From: Chrysomallon squamiferum
Lineage: Eukaryota > Animalia > Mollusca
NCBI GenBank assembly: GCA_012295275.1
Contig: CM022678.1
Coordinates: 11,036,001-11,100,000, forward strand
DNA length: 64,000 nt
Direction: 5' to 3'
Shown: positions 1 through 32,958 of the stretch, in pieces
How positions within the stretch are numbered: the first letter of the stretch is position 1
Layout: every line of letters starts with the position of its first letter
Notes under the pieces: generated by a model
Databases searched by the model: none
Told to the model about the DNA's origin: nothing
The model's input: the letters and a program-made list of their open reading frames with translations, nothing else
Position numbers and translations under genes: made by a program

Positions 1-154
1 ATTTGATGCAATCACACGGATTTTTGTCTGGTGAATATTTTTTCCAGTAGTTTTCAACGAGTGAAACGAAACAGGTTCGAGTCTTGTTTCCGTCGACTTC
101 ACTGCATACCTCTGTGTTCGAAACGTTTTATACCTTCTCACGTTAAAAACACGC

Positions 155-286
155 ATACATACGAAAATAAACAAACACATACGTACATAAACAAACACAT
201 ACGAAAAACACGCACACATACGTACATAAACAAACACGTACGTACATAAACAAACACATACGTAAATAAACAAACACATGCGTACA
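155..286. repeat. degenerate ~20-bp tandem repeat (acatacgtacataaacaaacac)
   Basis: Several imperfect adjacent copies are visible. Confidence 0.6.
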
Positions 287-442
287 TGATGTGGAATATA
301 GCTGGAACAGATTTTTCATGTGAATAATTTACAAGTAGCGACTTTTGAAAATTTGTTTTTTTTGAAAGCCTGTTTGAATGCAGGAGTGGACTTTATGAAG
401 CAAACATCAAAAACCAAAACAAGATAAAACATAAATTATTAC

Positions 443-534
443 CTTCTGACAACACAATTCTTGTTCCTGAAAATATAATATAATATAATATAATATAATA
501 TAAAATACACACACATACACGTACTTATAAATAT

Positions 535-582
<48 letters not shown>

Positions 583-747
583 GCGCGCGCCATTTCCATA
601 TCCACAGTTTATTTTAAATGCTGCAGATTCGGCTAATTCTATTTTTCTCACAGTGATGGTTACCACAGCAACAAAGAATCGGTATTATTTTCAGCACTTA
701 CCCTGTAACAGCAAGAAAATGCCGCTGAAGACCAGAACCGACTTCAT
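443..747 (-). CDS. 5' coding exons of an unidentified secreted or membrane protein gene (continues beyond the left edge)
   Basis: Exon 747-702 encodes MKSVLVFSGIFLLLQ and ends at a G|GTAAGT donor (phase 1). Micro-exon 466-443 (tttcag|...G|GTAATA) adds GTRIVLSE. Joined, they give a signal-peptide-like N-terminus. A possible further exon at 27-<1 would read DKNPCDCIK. Confidence 0.6.
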
Positions 748-1099
748 CTCCGACTGTTTGACCTCCGACAAGAGAGAGAGAGAGAGAGACGCTAGAAGAG
801 AAACCCGGCTGTGTGTCAACGCGGAAGGTTTAAGTAGGTGAAATACCAGGAACTCGGACATATCCGGAAAACGGTCTCGAAACACAACGGAAACCAGTGA
901 GATCAGATTTCGGAAAAACTCTCCGCCTTTCAGTTCTCCCCAGTTATCTTCCTCTTTCTTGTTATTATTGTTTACATGTGTGCAATGATATTAGTAATCC
1001 GTGTGTGCGTGTATATTAGTAATACGTGTGTACGTGTATCTTAGTAATACGTGTCTGTAAGGCAGTATTACAAGTATACATTTACCTTATTGTTCTTCT

Positions 1100-1124
1100 T
1101 GTTGTATTATTATTATTACTATTA

Positions 1125-1161
<37 letters not shown>

Positions 1162-1470
1162 CATTATTATTACTATTATTATTATTATTACTACTACTAT
1201 TATTATTATTATTATCATTATTAATATTATTATTACTATTATTATCATTATCATTATTATTATTATTATCATCATCATCATCATCATTATTATCATCATC
1301 ATCATTATTATTATTACTATTATTATCATTATCATTTTCATTATTATTATTATTATCATCATCATCATCATCATTATTATTATTATCATCATCATCATCA
1401 TCATCATTATTATTATTATTATTATTACTGTTGTTGTAAGTGGTTTTGCTATCATTATCATCATCATCAT
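1100..1470. repeat. (TTA/TCA)n compound microsatellite
   Basis: Direct reading; it explains the poly-L/I/M ORFs. Confidence 0.9.
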
Positions 1471-1517
1471 AATTTTTTTCGTTTCTATTTTTTTGTTCTT
1501 TCTTCCTTTCTTTCTTT

Positions 1518-1548
<31 letters not shown>

Positions 1549-3129
1549 CAGCTGATGATGATGATGATGACGATGCTGCTAACGGTGACATATTATTACA
1601 TTACTCAAGTCTCTGCAGAGCACCACGTACCAGGAAGTCATCACAGGCACTGACCAGGAAGTTTTAAAACAAAAGTAACATACTCATCTACTTCAGAGTT
1701 CAGTCAACAATTTTAATTTATAATTGAGCATAATCTACGTCACTGTTCAGTTAAATATTTGTTTTCAAGTTAGGTAATATAATAACCTACTAATTTTTTT
1801 TTTTTTTTTGTTATTATTATTATTATTTTTTTTTTTGTTGTTGTTAAATTGGGAAGGAAGCGTTTGATAGTTCGGGGTGGGGTTATGCTTTAGGCAAAGG
1901 GGGGATGGATTCAAAGGTGGGATACGTAAATAGTTATAGTTTGAAGTTATAAATGTCACAGGTCTGTTTTGTTCTTCATCGTGATTTCATAAGAAACGGA
2001 AGCTGTCATGTTTCCTGAAACACGCTGGGGGGTGGGGGTGGGGGTCAGAGGCTGGTAGAGAGGAATTTTTCTCAGTGGTTGTGCGTGAGTGAGCAGACCA
2101 GTGCGTACGCACACACGGAAATCAGTTTTATTCATTTTAAACTTATTTATTTAATTAGAAAGACTGAAGGAGATAATTGTTGTGTGTGTTTTTATTTAAC
2201 TGGGTCTGTAGGTGGATTAGTGTTTGAAAACGTGTTGTGTATTTTAAAATTTTAAATTTAATACGATTCTAATACTGACACCCGTACGCACTCACGCACA
2301 CACACGTATAGACACACACAAACTCACTCAGAGTGAGAGAGCAACAATTTTTAAAATAAAGAATTTAAGTTTTAAAAAATGAATTATTATTAATCATCAT
2401 CATTTATTGATTAATATTATTAACATCGTAATCATTATTATTATTGCTGTTATTATTATCATCATCATCATCATCGTCATCGTCATCATTATTATTTAAC
2501 TGTATGTCCTTACCACTACATGCCTTCCTATTTTGATTTTCTTAACTTAATAATAACAATAATAATAATATCAAAAACAATAACAACAACAATAATAATA
2601 ATAACAGTAATATAACAATAATAATAATAATAAAATAATAATTATAATAATAATAATAATAATAACAATAACAATAATAATAACAATAATAATAATATAA
2701 TAATAACAATAAATAATAATAATAATAAGAAGAAGAAGAAGAAGAATAATAACATTGTAGTAGTAGTAAATAAATAAACCAATAAAAAGATGCAGCGTAA
2801 ATCAGTACATTAGACAATGAGAAAAAGAAACGAAAAATAATTTTAAGAATTATTAACTAAATAAGGCATTTTTTTATTATTAAAAGTAACAAAAATCGAA
2901 AGCAAATAAATATATAATAAACAAAAAATATATTAAAATGTAAAAGGTATGATAAATTAATAAATAAAATAAAAAAAAAAAAAAAAAAACGAGAGAGAGA
3001 ATGATCGAAAGCTTCTGTTTCCTTTTTTTTTTTTTCTTTTTATTTCTTAATTTTTCTGTCTCCACGAAAACCGGATTGTCGATGTTAAACTGTTATTCTT
3101 CAAGCTTTCTCCCTTCTGGTCATTATTAT

Positions 3130-3148
3130 CAAAAATGGCGTACTTCCG
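3130..3148. promoter_or_regulatory. adjacent YY1-like (AAAATGGCG) and ETS-like (ACTTCCG) motifs between the divergent genes
   Basis: caaaaatggcgtacttccg lies in a CpG-retaining segment. Motif match only. Confidence 0.3.
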
Positions 3149-3699
3149 TATTTTCCACTGGAATGATCATAACGGATTTCGCGACATTTCTTAATTCTTA
3201 AATATTTTTTTTTTTTTGTTGTTACCTTCTCTCAGAATACTCATCCAGCCATGATGTCCTAAAATAATTCTGACAAAAATTTTTGACACGTGCCTGTGCA
3301 CGCGGGAGTTTGCCGACAGTTCCAGTCAACGCATGCGTTAATTCTTTGCCGTGTTGTGAATCCCTCCCTACGGGTCCGCAGCACCCCCCACAGATCGTTT
3401 GAGTGGTTTTAGCGAGCGTTTCGCTTTCGCCATTGTCGAAGTTTCTGGTCGTGCCATTTCGGCAGCAATCGGTCGCTTGCGGCGCGGGATAACAGCTTTT
3501 ACGTCACTTGAACAGATGAACAAGACACACTGGCTACAGAGCCGAGAGCCGGCTTTATAAAGATAATTAAAATCCACAGTTGTACTTGACAAGACTTTCG
3601 AGAAGACCTCTACATACACACCGCTCACCGATCTCTCACTCAATTAACCACGTAATTGCTTCGATCTGCGCGCGCAGTAGAAACGTCACAAGACGTTCG

Positions 3700-3737
3700 T
3701 ATAAAAAGCCTGTCGAAGAGAAACGTTAAGTTTAGTT
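3700..3737 (+). promoter_or_regulatory. candidate Fer2 core promoter (TATA box plus Inr-like TTAGTT)
   Basis: TATAAAAAG at 3700 and TTAGTT at 3732-3737, downstream of a CpG-rich block (about 3280-3780) and about 600 nt upstream of the ATG. Confidence 0.45.
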
Positions 3738-4324
3738 GACACCGAACGAAAGCGAGAGATTTGTCGTGTACGCACACTTAGTTTTTTAATAACTGGAATA
3801 ATTCCTAAACTTCGGAAACAAAATTCTGATACGTTAAGCTGGCGATGTAAAGAAGAACATTTTTTAAAACTTAGTCTAAACAGAGTGAAAGTGACTGTTG
3901 TTCCTGAAGCCGTAACTTAAGTTTGTGTAACACGTTTTCACGTCACAGATTTGATGGTAGTTCTACGTCTTTTCTAAAAAAAAAATATTTTTAAACAGAT
4001 CGTTGTTACAAGATATTTTGAATGAAAACGAAAGCGAAAGGAAAAGTGACCGAAAAACTGAAGTGACCCCACAGCAATTGAAATTTTACTTAAAAGTATA
4101 AAAAAAAAAAAGAAAAAAAAAAGAAAAAAGAAGAAGTGGTCAAAAAGAAAGAAGATAATAATTAAAATACTAATACTACTACTAATAATAAATATTAATA
4201 ATAATAATAACAAGAAAAAGCAATCGTAAGAAATAAAAAAAAAAAACAGGTCATAGAATAACGTGAGATTAAGGAAGAAATAAAAAGTCGTTAAAAAAGA
4301 GATAAAAAATAACAAAAGGTTAAG

Positions 4325-10351
<6,027 letters not shown>

Positions 10352-10501
10352 ATTTCAAATCACGGAATATTTCGGAAACGGATATAGAGAAAAAAAAAAA
10401 ACCTCGGAATTACAAGAAAATGTTTCTTTCGTGAGAACACTTTGAACAGGAACGTCAAAGAAGAACGGCTGTATGCGTATCGGGAAACTAATTGTTTACG
10501 C

Positions 10502-10595
10502 CCGGTCGTAACTACAACGACTGGTCGTAACTACAACGCCTGGTCGTAACTTCAACGACTGGTCGTAACTACAACGCCTGGTCGTAACTATTACG
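10502..10595. repeat. 19-bp tandem repeat, about 5 copies (ctggtcgtaactacaacga), in the Fer2 3' region
   Basis: ggtcgtaac recurs every 19 nt. Confidence 0.88.
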
Positions 10596-11293
10596 TCCGG
10601 TGTTAAGAACAACGATTAACTAAAACATCCATGATAAACTGATTGTAACTTTACGTTCAAGAAATACCTGCTAGTCTGTAAACGTACTATACTGCATTCC
10701 TGGTAGACTGTATACTTACTAGATTGTAGACTTATTAGTCTTTAGATTACAACAAACTGACATATCATGACTAAATATCTCGCTAGGCTGCACACTAGTT
10801 AGTCTGAGGCAGAGGTTCGACACAGTCTAAGATATTCCCTGCCTCTACAAGTGTATAAAGTCAGCGGTGTAACATATATTTATTTCCCCGTGAAATTACA
10901 TCCTTTAATAACACGAATTTACTAATTATTTAATTGCGATTTCGTTTTGTTCATTTTCTTAGTGTGGTGAACATTAAAATAATTTAAATGTTAGTTTATG
11001 TTTTGTTTGTTTTAATATTGTGATGTGCACTAAAATAATACATTATCAGTTTTTAAAGTTTTCAATTGGTTTAAAACTGTATTAACATTCGAGGATTTTC
11101 TGTTATTATGCAAAACACAAAATCTTTGACAAAAAATATTATTATTGTGAAAATGGAGTTATATGTATCTTGAGATTGTAAAATATATTGTTATATTGAA
11201 AATTATATTAAAAATAAAATAATAAGGTGTTTATTTGTTACATCTATAGTTCAAGAATGGTATCAGTCTACTTCTTGTAATAGACGCCATAAC

Positions 11294-11295
<2 letters not shown>

Positions 11296-11383
<88 letters not shown>
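11296..11383. repeat. (CT)n microsatellite
   Basis: Direct reading. Confidence 0.95.
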
Positions 11384-11387
<4 letters not shown>

Positions 11388-11809
11388 CTTTCGCGCGCGC
11401 GTTTCCAAACAACATCTTCTTAACTAGAAAAAAAAAAACATTGTTTCAAAACACCTCATATTATTTTCTTTCAATCTAATTATAGGCTATTAAACTGAAC
11501 TGTAGCGAATTTCGTAATCGGCTAATAGAGTTGTAATGACCCCCAGCAGGCATGGGCGTGGCGTTCGCGTCTGCTATTATTATTTGACAGATCGGCACGC
11601 GCGTTAGGGTGTCAAGGTGACTGACGTCACAGCACTGCTAGAAAGTGAGAACAGTGTGAAGTGTGAAGGGGTGTGGAGGGGTGTGGAGGGGTGTGTAGGG
11701 GTGGTGTGTGGTTTAGAAACAATGTGTCCACTGAGTGGCAGATCCGCTTCTACTTGATGTCACTGTCCGATACGTTTTTGTTTTATTTTATCTTTTTTTA
11801 TCAAAACTT

Positions 11810-12885
11810 AAATAAATAAATAAATAAATAAAATAAATAAATCATAGAAAACTAAAAAAAAAAAAAAAAAATAAGTAGATAATTAAACAAACAAACAAAT
11901 AAATAAATAAATAGAAAAATAAACGAATAAATAAATAAGTAGAAAAATAAATAATTAATTAAATAGAAAAATAAATAAATAAATAGAAATATAAACAAAC
12001 ATAAATAAATAAATAAATATAAAATAAATAAATAAATAGAAAAATAAATAAATAAATAAATAGAAAACTAAACAAATAAATAAATAAATAAATAATAAAT
12101 AAATAATTAAAATAGAAAAGAAAATAAAATAAATAAATAAATAGAAAAATAAATAAATAAATATAAATAAAAAATAAATAAATAAATTAAATAGGAAATA
12201 AACAAATAAATAAATAGGTTAATAAAAAATAAAAAAATAAAAAAATAAAAAATAAATAAAATAATAAATAAATAAAAAAATAAATAAATAAATAAATAAA
12301 GAAAAAAAAAACTAAAGTATATAATAAATAAATAAATAAACCAAATAACCAAAAGTAACAAATAAATAAATAAACAGAAAAATAAATAAATAATTAAATA
12401 GAAAACTGAACAAATAAATAAATAAATAAATAAATAGATAATAAATAAATAGAAAACTAACTAAATAAATAAACAGAAAAATAAATAAATAAATAAATAA
12501 CTATAGGGTAATAAATAAATAAACAGAAAAATAAATAAAATAAATGAAATAATAAATAAATAAATAAATAAAATAAATAAATAACTGCAAGAACGAAAAT
12601 ACTATCGCATATAGTACTTCACTATTACCATCACCACCAAATCCATCTCCACCACCACCACTACCACTACTACTACTACTACCACTACTACCATCACCAC
12701 CACTACCACTACTATTGTTCCTACTACCACTGTTATTACATCTACTACTATTGCTGGTGCTGCTGATACTACTACTACAACTACTATTTTTACTACTGAA
12801 ACCACCACCACTACTACTACCAGTACTGCTACTACTACTACTACTATTAACAATAATAATCATAATAATAAAATAATAATATTAA

Positions 12886-12920
<35 letters not shown>

Positions 12921-12988
12921 ACAATAACAATAATAATAATAATAGTAATAGTAGTAGTAACAATAATAATAATAATAATAACAACAAC

Positions 12989-13032
<44 letters not shown>

Positions 13033-13051
13033 CAACAACAACAACAACAAC

Positions 13052-13105
<54 letters not shown>
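11810..13105. repeat. (AAAT)n-derived and (CTA/AAT/AAC)n low-complexity region
   Basis: Direct reading. Confidence 0.85.
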
Positions 13106-13359
13106 TTTGAAAAACTATTACAGCATGTAATGACATTTCTTGACTACTCTGCACTTTGTGTAGAAAATATATTATGTAGAGTTGTTTCCCCTGACCCGTT
13201 TTGGATCTTTTATTCATCGGGTTCTTTTTCTCGTTCTCGTTGTTGTTGTTGTTGTTCTTCTTCTTCTTCTTTCTCTTCTTCTTCTTCTTCTTCTTCTTCT
13301 TATTATTCTTCTTATTATTATTATTTTATTACTACTACTACTACTATAACCAATTTGGT

Positions 13360-13437
13360 ATGTTTAACTTTGTTTGACACCCGATGGCCGATATATTTTA
13401 GTGCTGGGGTGTCGTTAAACATTCATTCATTCATTCA
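13360..13437 (+). mobile_element. terminal fragment of a dispersed repeat (SINE- or MITE-like) with an (ATTC)n tail
   Basis: tgtttgacacccgatggccgat...gtgctggggtgtcgttaaac(attc)n. Related sequence occurs at about 45450-45720 (+) and 55105-55173 (-). The element class is an inference. Confidence 0.45.
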
Positions 13438-13496
13438 TTACTATTATTATTATTATTATCAGCATCATCATCATCATCATTTCTATTATTATTAAC

Positions 13497-13544
<48 letters not shown>

Positions 13545-13595
13545 ATTATTACTATTATCATCATCATCATCTTCGACATTACTATTAATATTACT

Positions 13596-13637
<42 letters not shown>

Positions 13638-14798
13638 GAGGTAGTAGAAGTTATAGTGATGTTGGGATTCTATATATAATTCCAGCCCAGTTTCAAATAG
13701 TAAGACCTACATGTATACTTGTATAATCAATTAACAAAACAGTTCATTAACACGTACACGCATACTTGTACAATTAATTTTAAAAACTAGTTAATATGTG
13801 ACAATTTTGTGTCCTCTGTGTTATAAATAGTTTCTGGTTGAAATCTGACGTAATTGTGAAAATCAGATGTTGCTGAAAACAGAACATTTTTGTCGATTTT
13901 AAATTATTTTATCCTGTAATTATACTTCATATTTCAATTTCTTTATATTTTTGTTAATTAACGTACATCCAGTAGACATGCGCAGTTCGTCAAACAGAAA
14001 CAAAACGTCACTAACGAACATCTATTTGTTGTTGTTGTTTAATAATTAAAATAATTGTGTGATGCACCAAGAACTATTTTCTCCAGCTATATTAATTTTA
14101 AATCTGTTTTGAATACTGTACGCTCCTTTCTTAATATTTATTTATTTATTTATTTTATTCACACAAAACACATTTATCCATTCATTCATTAAACTTAACG
14201 ACTTCTGCGTTCAGTTTTGGCTCGCTACCAAAACGAAATATTTCTCCGATCTTTTAAGAATAGCCACGGAATGTAACGAAGTCGAGCGAGCACTGCCGAA
14301 GGTAAAATGGATACCTTTCGATTGACTGCCCTCTAGCGTACACACAAAGAAAGACGAAGAAGGGCTTTGCGAAGTGAATTGATTTAACAAGCCCGACTGT
14401 GTGTACATGCTTGTCTGAGAGAGGGAATCACTCGTTCAGCTTGCCAGCTATTTCGTGTTCGCCATTGTCTGCCAGCTGTGTGCGAAGCGTGGCTGAATTT
14501 ACTCCGACTCAGGTGATAAAAGCCGCCACTGGGTCAGAGAGAAAAACTGGCCGTCCCTCGGGATTCCGTCGACATACACCTGTGTTTCGTGGAAATGTTT
14601 TCAAGCCTGGGAACAAGCACTGTGAGTTGATCGGTCTGATTCAATGGGAGTTTAACGTCAGTGGGGAAAGAAAGAAAGAAAGAAAGAAAGGAGGAGGAGG
14701 AGATATTTAAAAGTGTAGTGTTTGAATTTTCCAGACGTGTTTTTCAAAAAATCGTAGGGAGGATTTTTGAACGGCGAATCACAACAACAACAACTAAA

Positions 14799-28258
<13,460 letters not shown>

Positions 28259-28515
28259 AACATGACGTCATAACGCTCGTACCGTATTTAACTCAGTAAG
28301 TGAACGAGTCTGTTTACGAGAAAAACAAAAGAAAAGAAGGGGGAAAAAAACATAAATGAATACATGAAGGTAATATTTACGAGAGAGATCGAAGTGAAAA
28401 GAAAAATTTTTGATTCTATTTTATTTATTTTGATGTATTCAGTTAAAACGTAGAGGAAAAAATTAAAGGAAATATTTTTTGACGTTTTTTTTTTTTTTAC
28501 CTTTACAATGCAATT

Positions 28516-28563
<48 letters not shown>

Positions 28564-31500
28564 CAGCGTGAAGTTTCTCCTTTAATAACATCTGTAAGAA
28601 ATACTTACCTCGTTCTTCCTTCGACACTGGAAACATATCAGTTAAATATCTAAAATAGACTGATAAATTTGTTTTAGCTATCCATTATTATCTTGCTAAA
28701 AAAAAAAAAAATCATTGATATGTTCAGCATTATACAATTAAAGATTCGAGTTAGGTCATCACTTTATATAAAATTGGTTTCAGTTTTATTTATATTGTAT
28801 TTATTTTATTTCTGCTCTTTATTATCTTTTCTTTGTGTCATATTTTTCACATTAATAATTAAGGGGGGGGAGGAGTGTGCTAATGAGAAAAATGTATGTT
28901 AGAATTTGTTAAATAAAAGAAGAAAAGAAACGAAAGAAAAGAATGTCTCTGATGCAAAATATTGGGATAAACCAAGGTGAACTACTTTGTCCTTTTTTGT
29001 ATGTTTCTGTTGAGAACGTCCCTGTTTAATTCAGAGTACATTAAAGGTGAATGCTTTGTCCTTACTTAAACACTACGCAACAAAAATAAACAGAAACGTG
29101 AAAGCCTCATTTGTTAACTATACAGATATCTTCGAAACTGTCGACTGAAAGTAAATTTACTAACTGCACTACGGAATCGTTAAAAGTGATTACTCCATTG
29201 CAGGATATTTTCATTTCGTAAGTTTCAAGTTTCATTTTTCTCGAATACTTTTTCATGTATGTGTTCATTCTACTTTTTGTTATGTTAAATTTCTTTCAGT
29301 TTCCAAACTCTGAAAGTGTTTTAAAATAACTGAATAAATATCTCTTTTTTTTCCGCTATAGTACAATTAATTTTCATTTTAAAAACTAACAGTTTTGTTA
29401 TTATTATTATTATATTTATTATTATTAGACAATAACTTATCTGGAAGAAAGAAAATGGCATTAATGAGAACAAATCAAAAAAGATTTTATAGTTATTATT
29501 ATTAATCAATCTTTATATCAAAAAAAGAAGAAAGAATATGGCTTTAATGAGAACAAATCAAAAAGGTTGTGTATGTAAAAATGTATATACTTGAGTTGTG
29601 AATTTGTTAAAATGTAAATGTGTTTGTTAAAATGTAAATGTGTTTTTCCACTTGGCGATGCGGCGGTTATTGTGTACTATACGGCATTTCAAACAGTTAC
29701 TGCTTGAGTGAAAATTTCACACTATGAATACATTTTTCATCCGTTCCTCATTTCATTTCGATCATTGTTCTACATTAGACACGCCTCCAAGTAATGACGT
29801 GAGGTCGTAGATCGCTGTATTTAACGACGAATGAATAAATTAAAAATGTGAACTAAGATAATTTATAGTTTATTCCACAGATGTTCAGTTGTTCCGCAAA
29901 ATAATTTTTGTTTAAAAAACTGCTACAACTACATCAACAAAACAACAGAAAACATCACTTGATATAAAAGTATATGCACGCTGTAAAGCTTGTCCCTCTC
30001 TCATTATAAGTTGTACTGTCTGAACTCGCCTTTAGTCGTGCGTACATTTTTATTATTATCTTATTATTTATTTATTTTTAAGTCTTGTTTGAGATGCCGT
30101 GTATGGAAATGAATGTTCAGTGATTTGAATAAAAACAAAAAAATCAAAAGTTTGTATATAGTTATTATATTTGTACCAGATTTGTTGATTAAACATTTTT
30201 CTGTAGTTAGAGTGAGAGATATCTCTTACAATTATGTATTGCTAAGAAAAAAACAAAAATGATTTCTTTTTGTATGTTGTTTATAATAAAATATATCATT
30301 TAAAATCGTCTTTGTTTGTAGTGATTAAAAGGAACGTTCAATATAAAATAGATATAAAATTATTTTATAAAAGAATAGTTTCAAATCCACAAAACCTCTT
30401 TTTCTGTCCCTCTTTCATTCATTTCTAATTCATCCATTCATTCCCTCTCTCACTTAGAACATTTCAATTCAGTTATTACTGTCTTTGTTTATAATTATTA
30501 AAGTGAATGTTTATTATGAAAGATACATATAAAAGAACAGTTACAAATCGACATCTCTCTCTCTTTACAACTTTTTATTTATTTTACATCAAAGGTTACA
30601 CCTAGTTGAAAAATTAAAAAGGAATAATTTTACTCGAGATATATCAGTATGATATGTAATATATTTGGTTGAATCTTCTGTTGATTAATAAAACGGTTGA
30701 CAGGTTAATTAACAAAAATATCAGGTCTGTATTTTTTTTAATTTTTTTTTTTATTATTGTTTCGAAACAAATATTTTTATGTTTTTTTTTTTTAAATGTA
30801 TGTTGGAACTGTATAAATTCTTTATTAGCTTATGTGTACTCGCATGACACAGAACCATGATTAATCAGATACAGAGAAAATAAAATAGCTGTACAAGTTC
30901 TGTACTGGTCTGTCGATAGAGAATTTCTCTCTACATCAGTCTCACAGACAAACGTACAAATAATGATGACGTACAATTAACTAAATAATCCAACGCACTT
31001 GCAGAAAGATAAACAACACAACACAAAGAAAATTAACTCTGTTTATTACATTTCTGCTTGTTAGATAAATAAGCGTTTTTTTTTTTTTGTTGTTGTTGTT
31101 TTTTTCATCTAAAAACAAAGTGAAATAAAGTTGACAAAAGTAAAAAATAAAATTTTCATAAATAAAAGGCAAGACAAGGTACGAAGAAAATATGGCAGTG
31201 GATGACAAATTTAAAAAATTATATAATTGTACAGACGTTATTAATTATTTATTTTGTTTCTTTGTTTGTTTATTTGTTTATTTATTTATGTGCTTGCTTG
31301 TTTATTATTTGTTTGTCTGTATGTTTGTCTATTTATTTATTTATTCATTTTTTAATTTATCTGTTTGTTTAACTTTATTTATTGGGTTTGTTTGTTTGTT
31401 TGTTTGTTTATTTATAAAAGCTATTTTGTTGTGGTTCTTTCACACAATGAAAACATAAACATATTAAATAACGCTTATTTTTACCACATTATATGTAAAC

Positions 31501-32217
31501 TTTTAAAAAATATATTATTAATTATTTTAATAATCATTCCATTTTATCTTTTTTTATATCTTTGATTTATTACTCTGAAAAATAAAACATAAAAAAAAAA
31601 AAAAAAAAATAGTAAGAAAAAAAAAATTAGAAAGTAATTTTAAACAATTCATGAAATGATACTGATATTTTGCTACAAAAAAAAAAAAAAAAAAAAAAAA
31701 ATGCATGAGATCGTTACAAAAAGTCACACTGTTGAAATTAACTTCAGAATCACAACCTGTTGATCATTGAACCAATTCATGATGAAACATTTCAAACAAA
31801 CAAGTTTTAAATAAATCTCAATATTTCATGTACTAATGGCCAATTTACACGTAAGCTCTTTATTATGTTATTCATATATAAGTCAGCATTTTGTAACAAT
31901 GACAGCATTCAGTTAAGACATGAGAGAAAGAAAAACAATGGTGATGATGATAATAATAATAATACAAGTATGTAAATAACTCAAAGAAAAGAAATATAAG
32001 AATAAATAAATAAATAAGTGTAAAAAAATCTCTTATTTTATGTGCCATGATAAAGAGACAAATTGACAAATACTGTTTCGTTGTTAAATATATTTGTAAC
32101 TAAGTGATTACAAAAACCTGCAAATTATCAAAATAAATACAAATATTCATTATACCAACTATATGTTAAAAAAGTCAAATCTCTGTTTTCTAAAAGCAAT
32201 ATTTAATTACTTTAAAA

Positions 32218-32263
<46 letters not shown>

Positions 32264-32899
32264 TCAATAAAAATAATTTAGAAATTAAATAAATAACAAT
32301 AAAATAAAATAGAATAAAAAAGTTTTCGTATTCTTTTAAATCCATTATGAAAAATATATATTATAATAATGCTTTTCCATTTTTTTTTTTATATTTTATA
32401 TTTTTTTAAATAATAATAAAAATAAAATAAAAATGTAGGCACAAACAACCTAGTTATTCACAACAAAAAGATTTGTTGCATTAATCTTGCATGATGTCAT
32501 TACGAAAAAGTAATGCTGTCTTAATTTTAAAATTATTTACAATTTTTTTTAATTGATTTTGTTCATATTTATTTGTCCATGTAGATATATCATTTGGAAT
32601 GTTAGAAATTAAATTAATAATAATAATAATAATAATAAATTCATTTGAAACAATCAAATGATAATGATAATGCTGCTGATGATGGTGATGATGAAGATGA
32701 AGAATAAACAACCATAAAAACAATCTTTGTGTGAACTAAAGCTTAATAAACATTCTACATCTGATGATTTTAATTAATAAATATAAATAATAGCACTTAA
32801 CTTCTACACAGACTAACATAAGTAAAATATATTCTATGTACACTAACAGTAATGTGGTATAACATTTTAATAATATACTAGTATAAAATACATAATTAT

Positions 32900-32958
<59 letters not shown>

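Noticed and set aside
3368-3643. 91-aa minus-strand ORF upstream of Fer2
   Set aside because: It has a non-ATG start and no recognisable domain; it is better explained as CpG-rich promoter DNA.
11555-11573. Possible BMP/Smad response element (GGCG...GTCT)
   Set aside because: The spacing and sequence do not fit GRCGNC-N5-GTCT.
14661-14798. N-terminal extension of BMP from the GTG at 14661
   Set aside because: The ATG at 14799 has good context and is followed directly by the signal peptide; the extension is a purine-rich leader.
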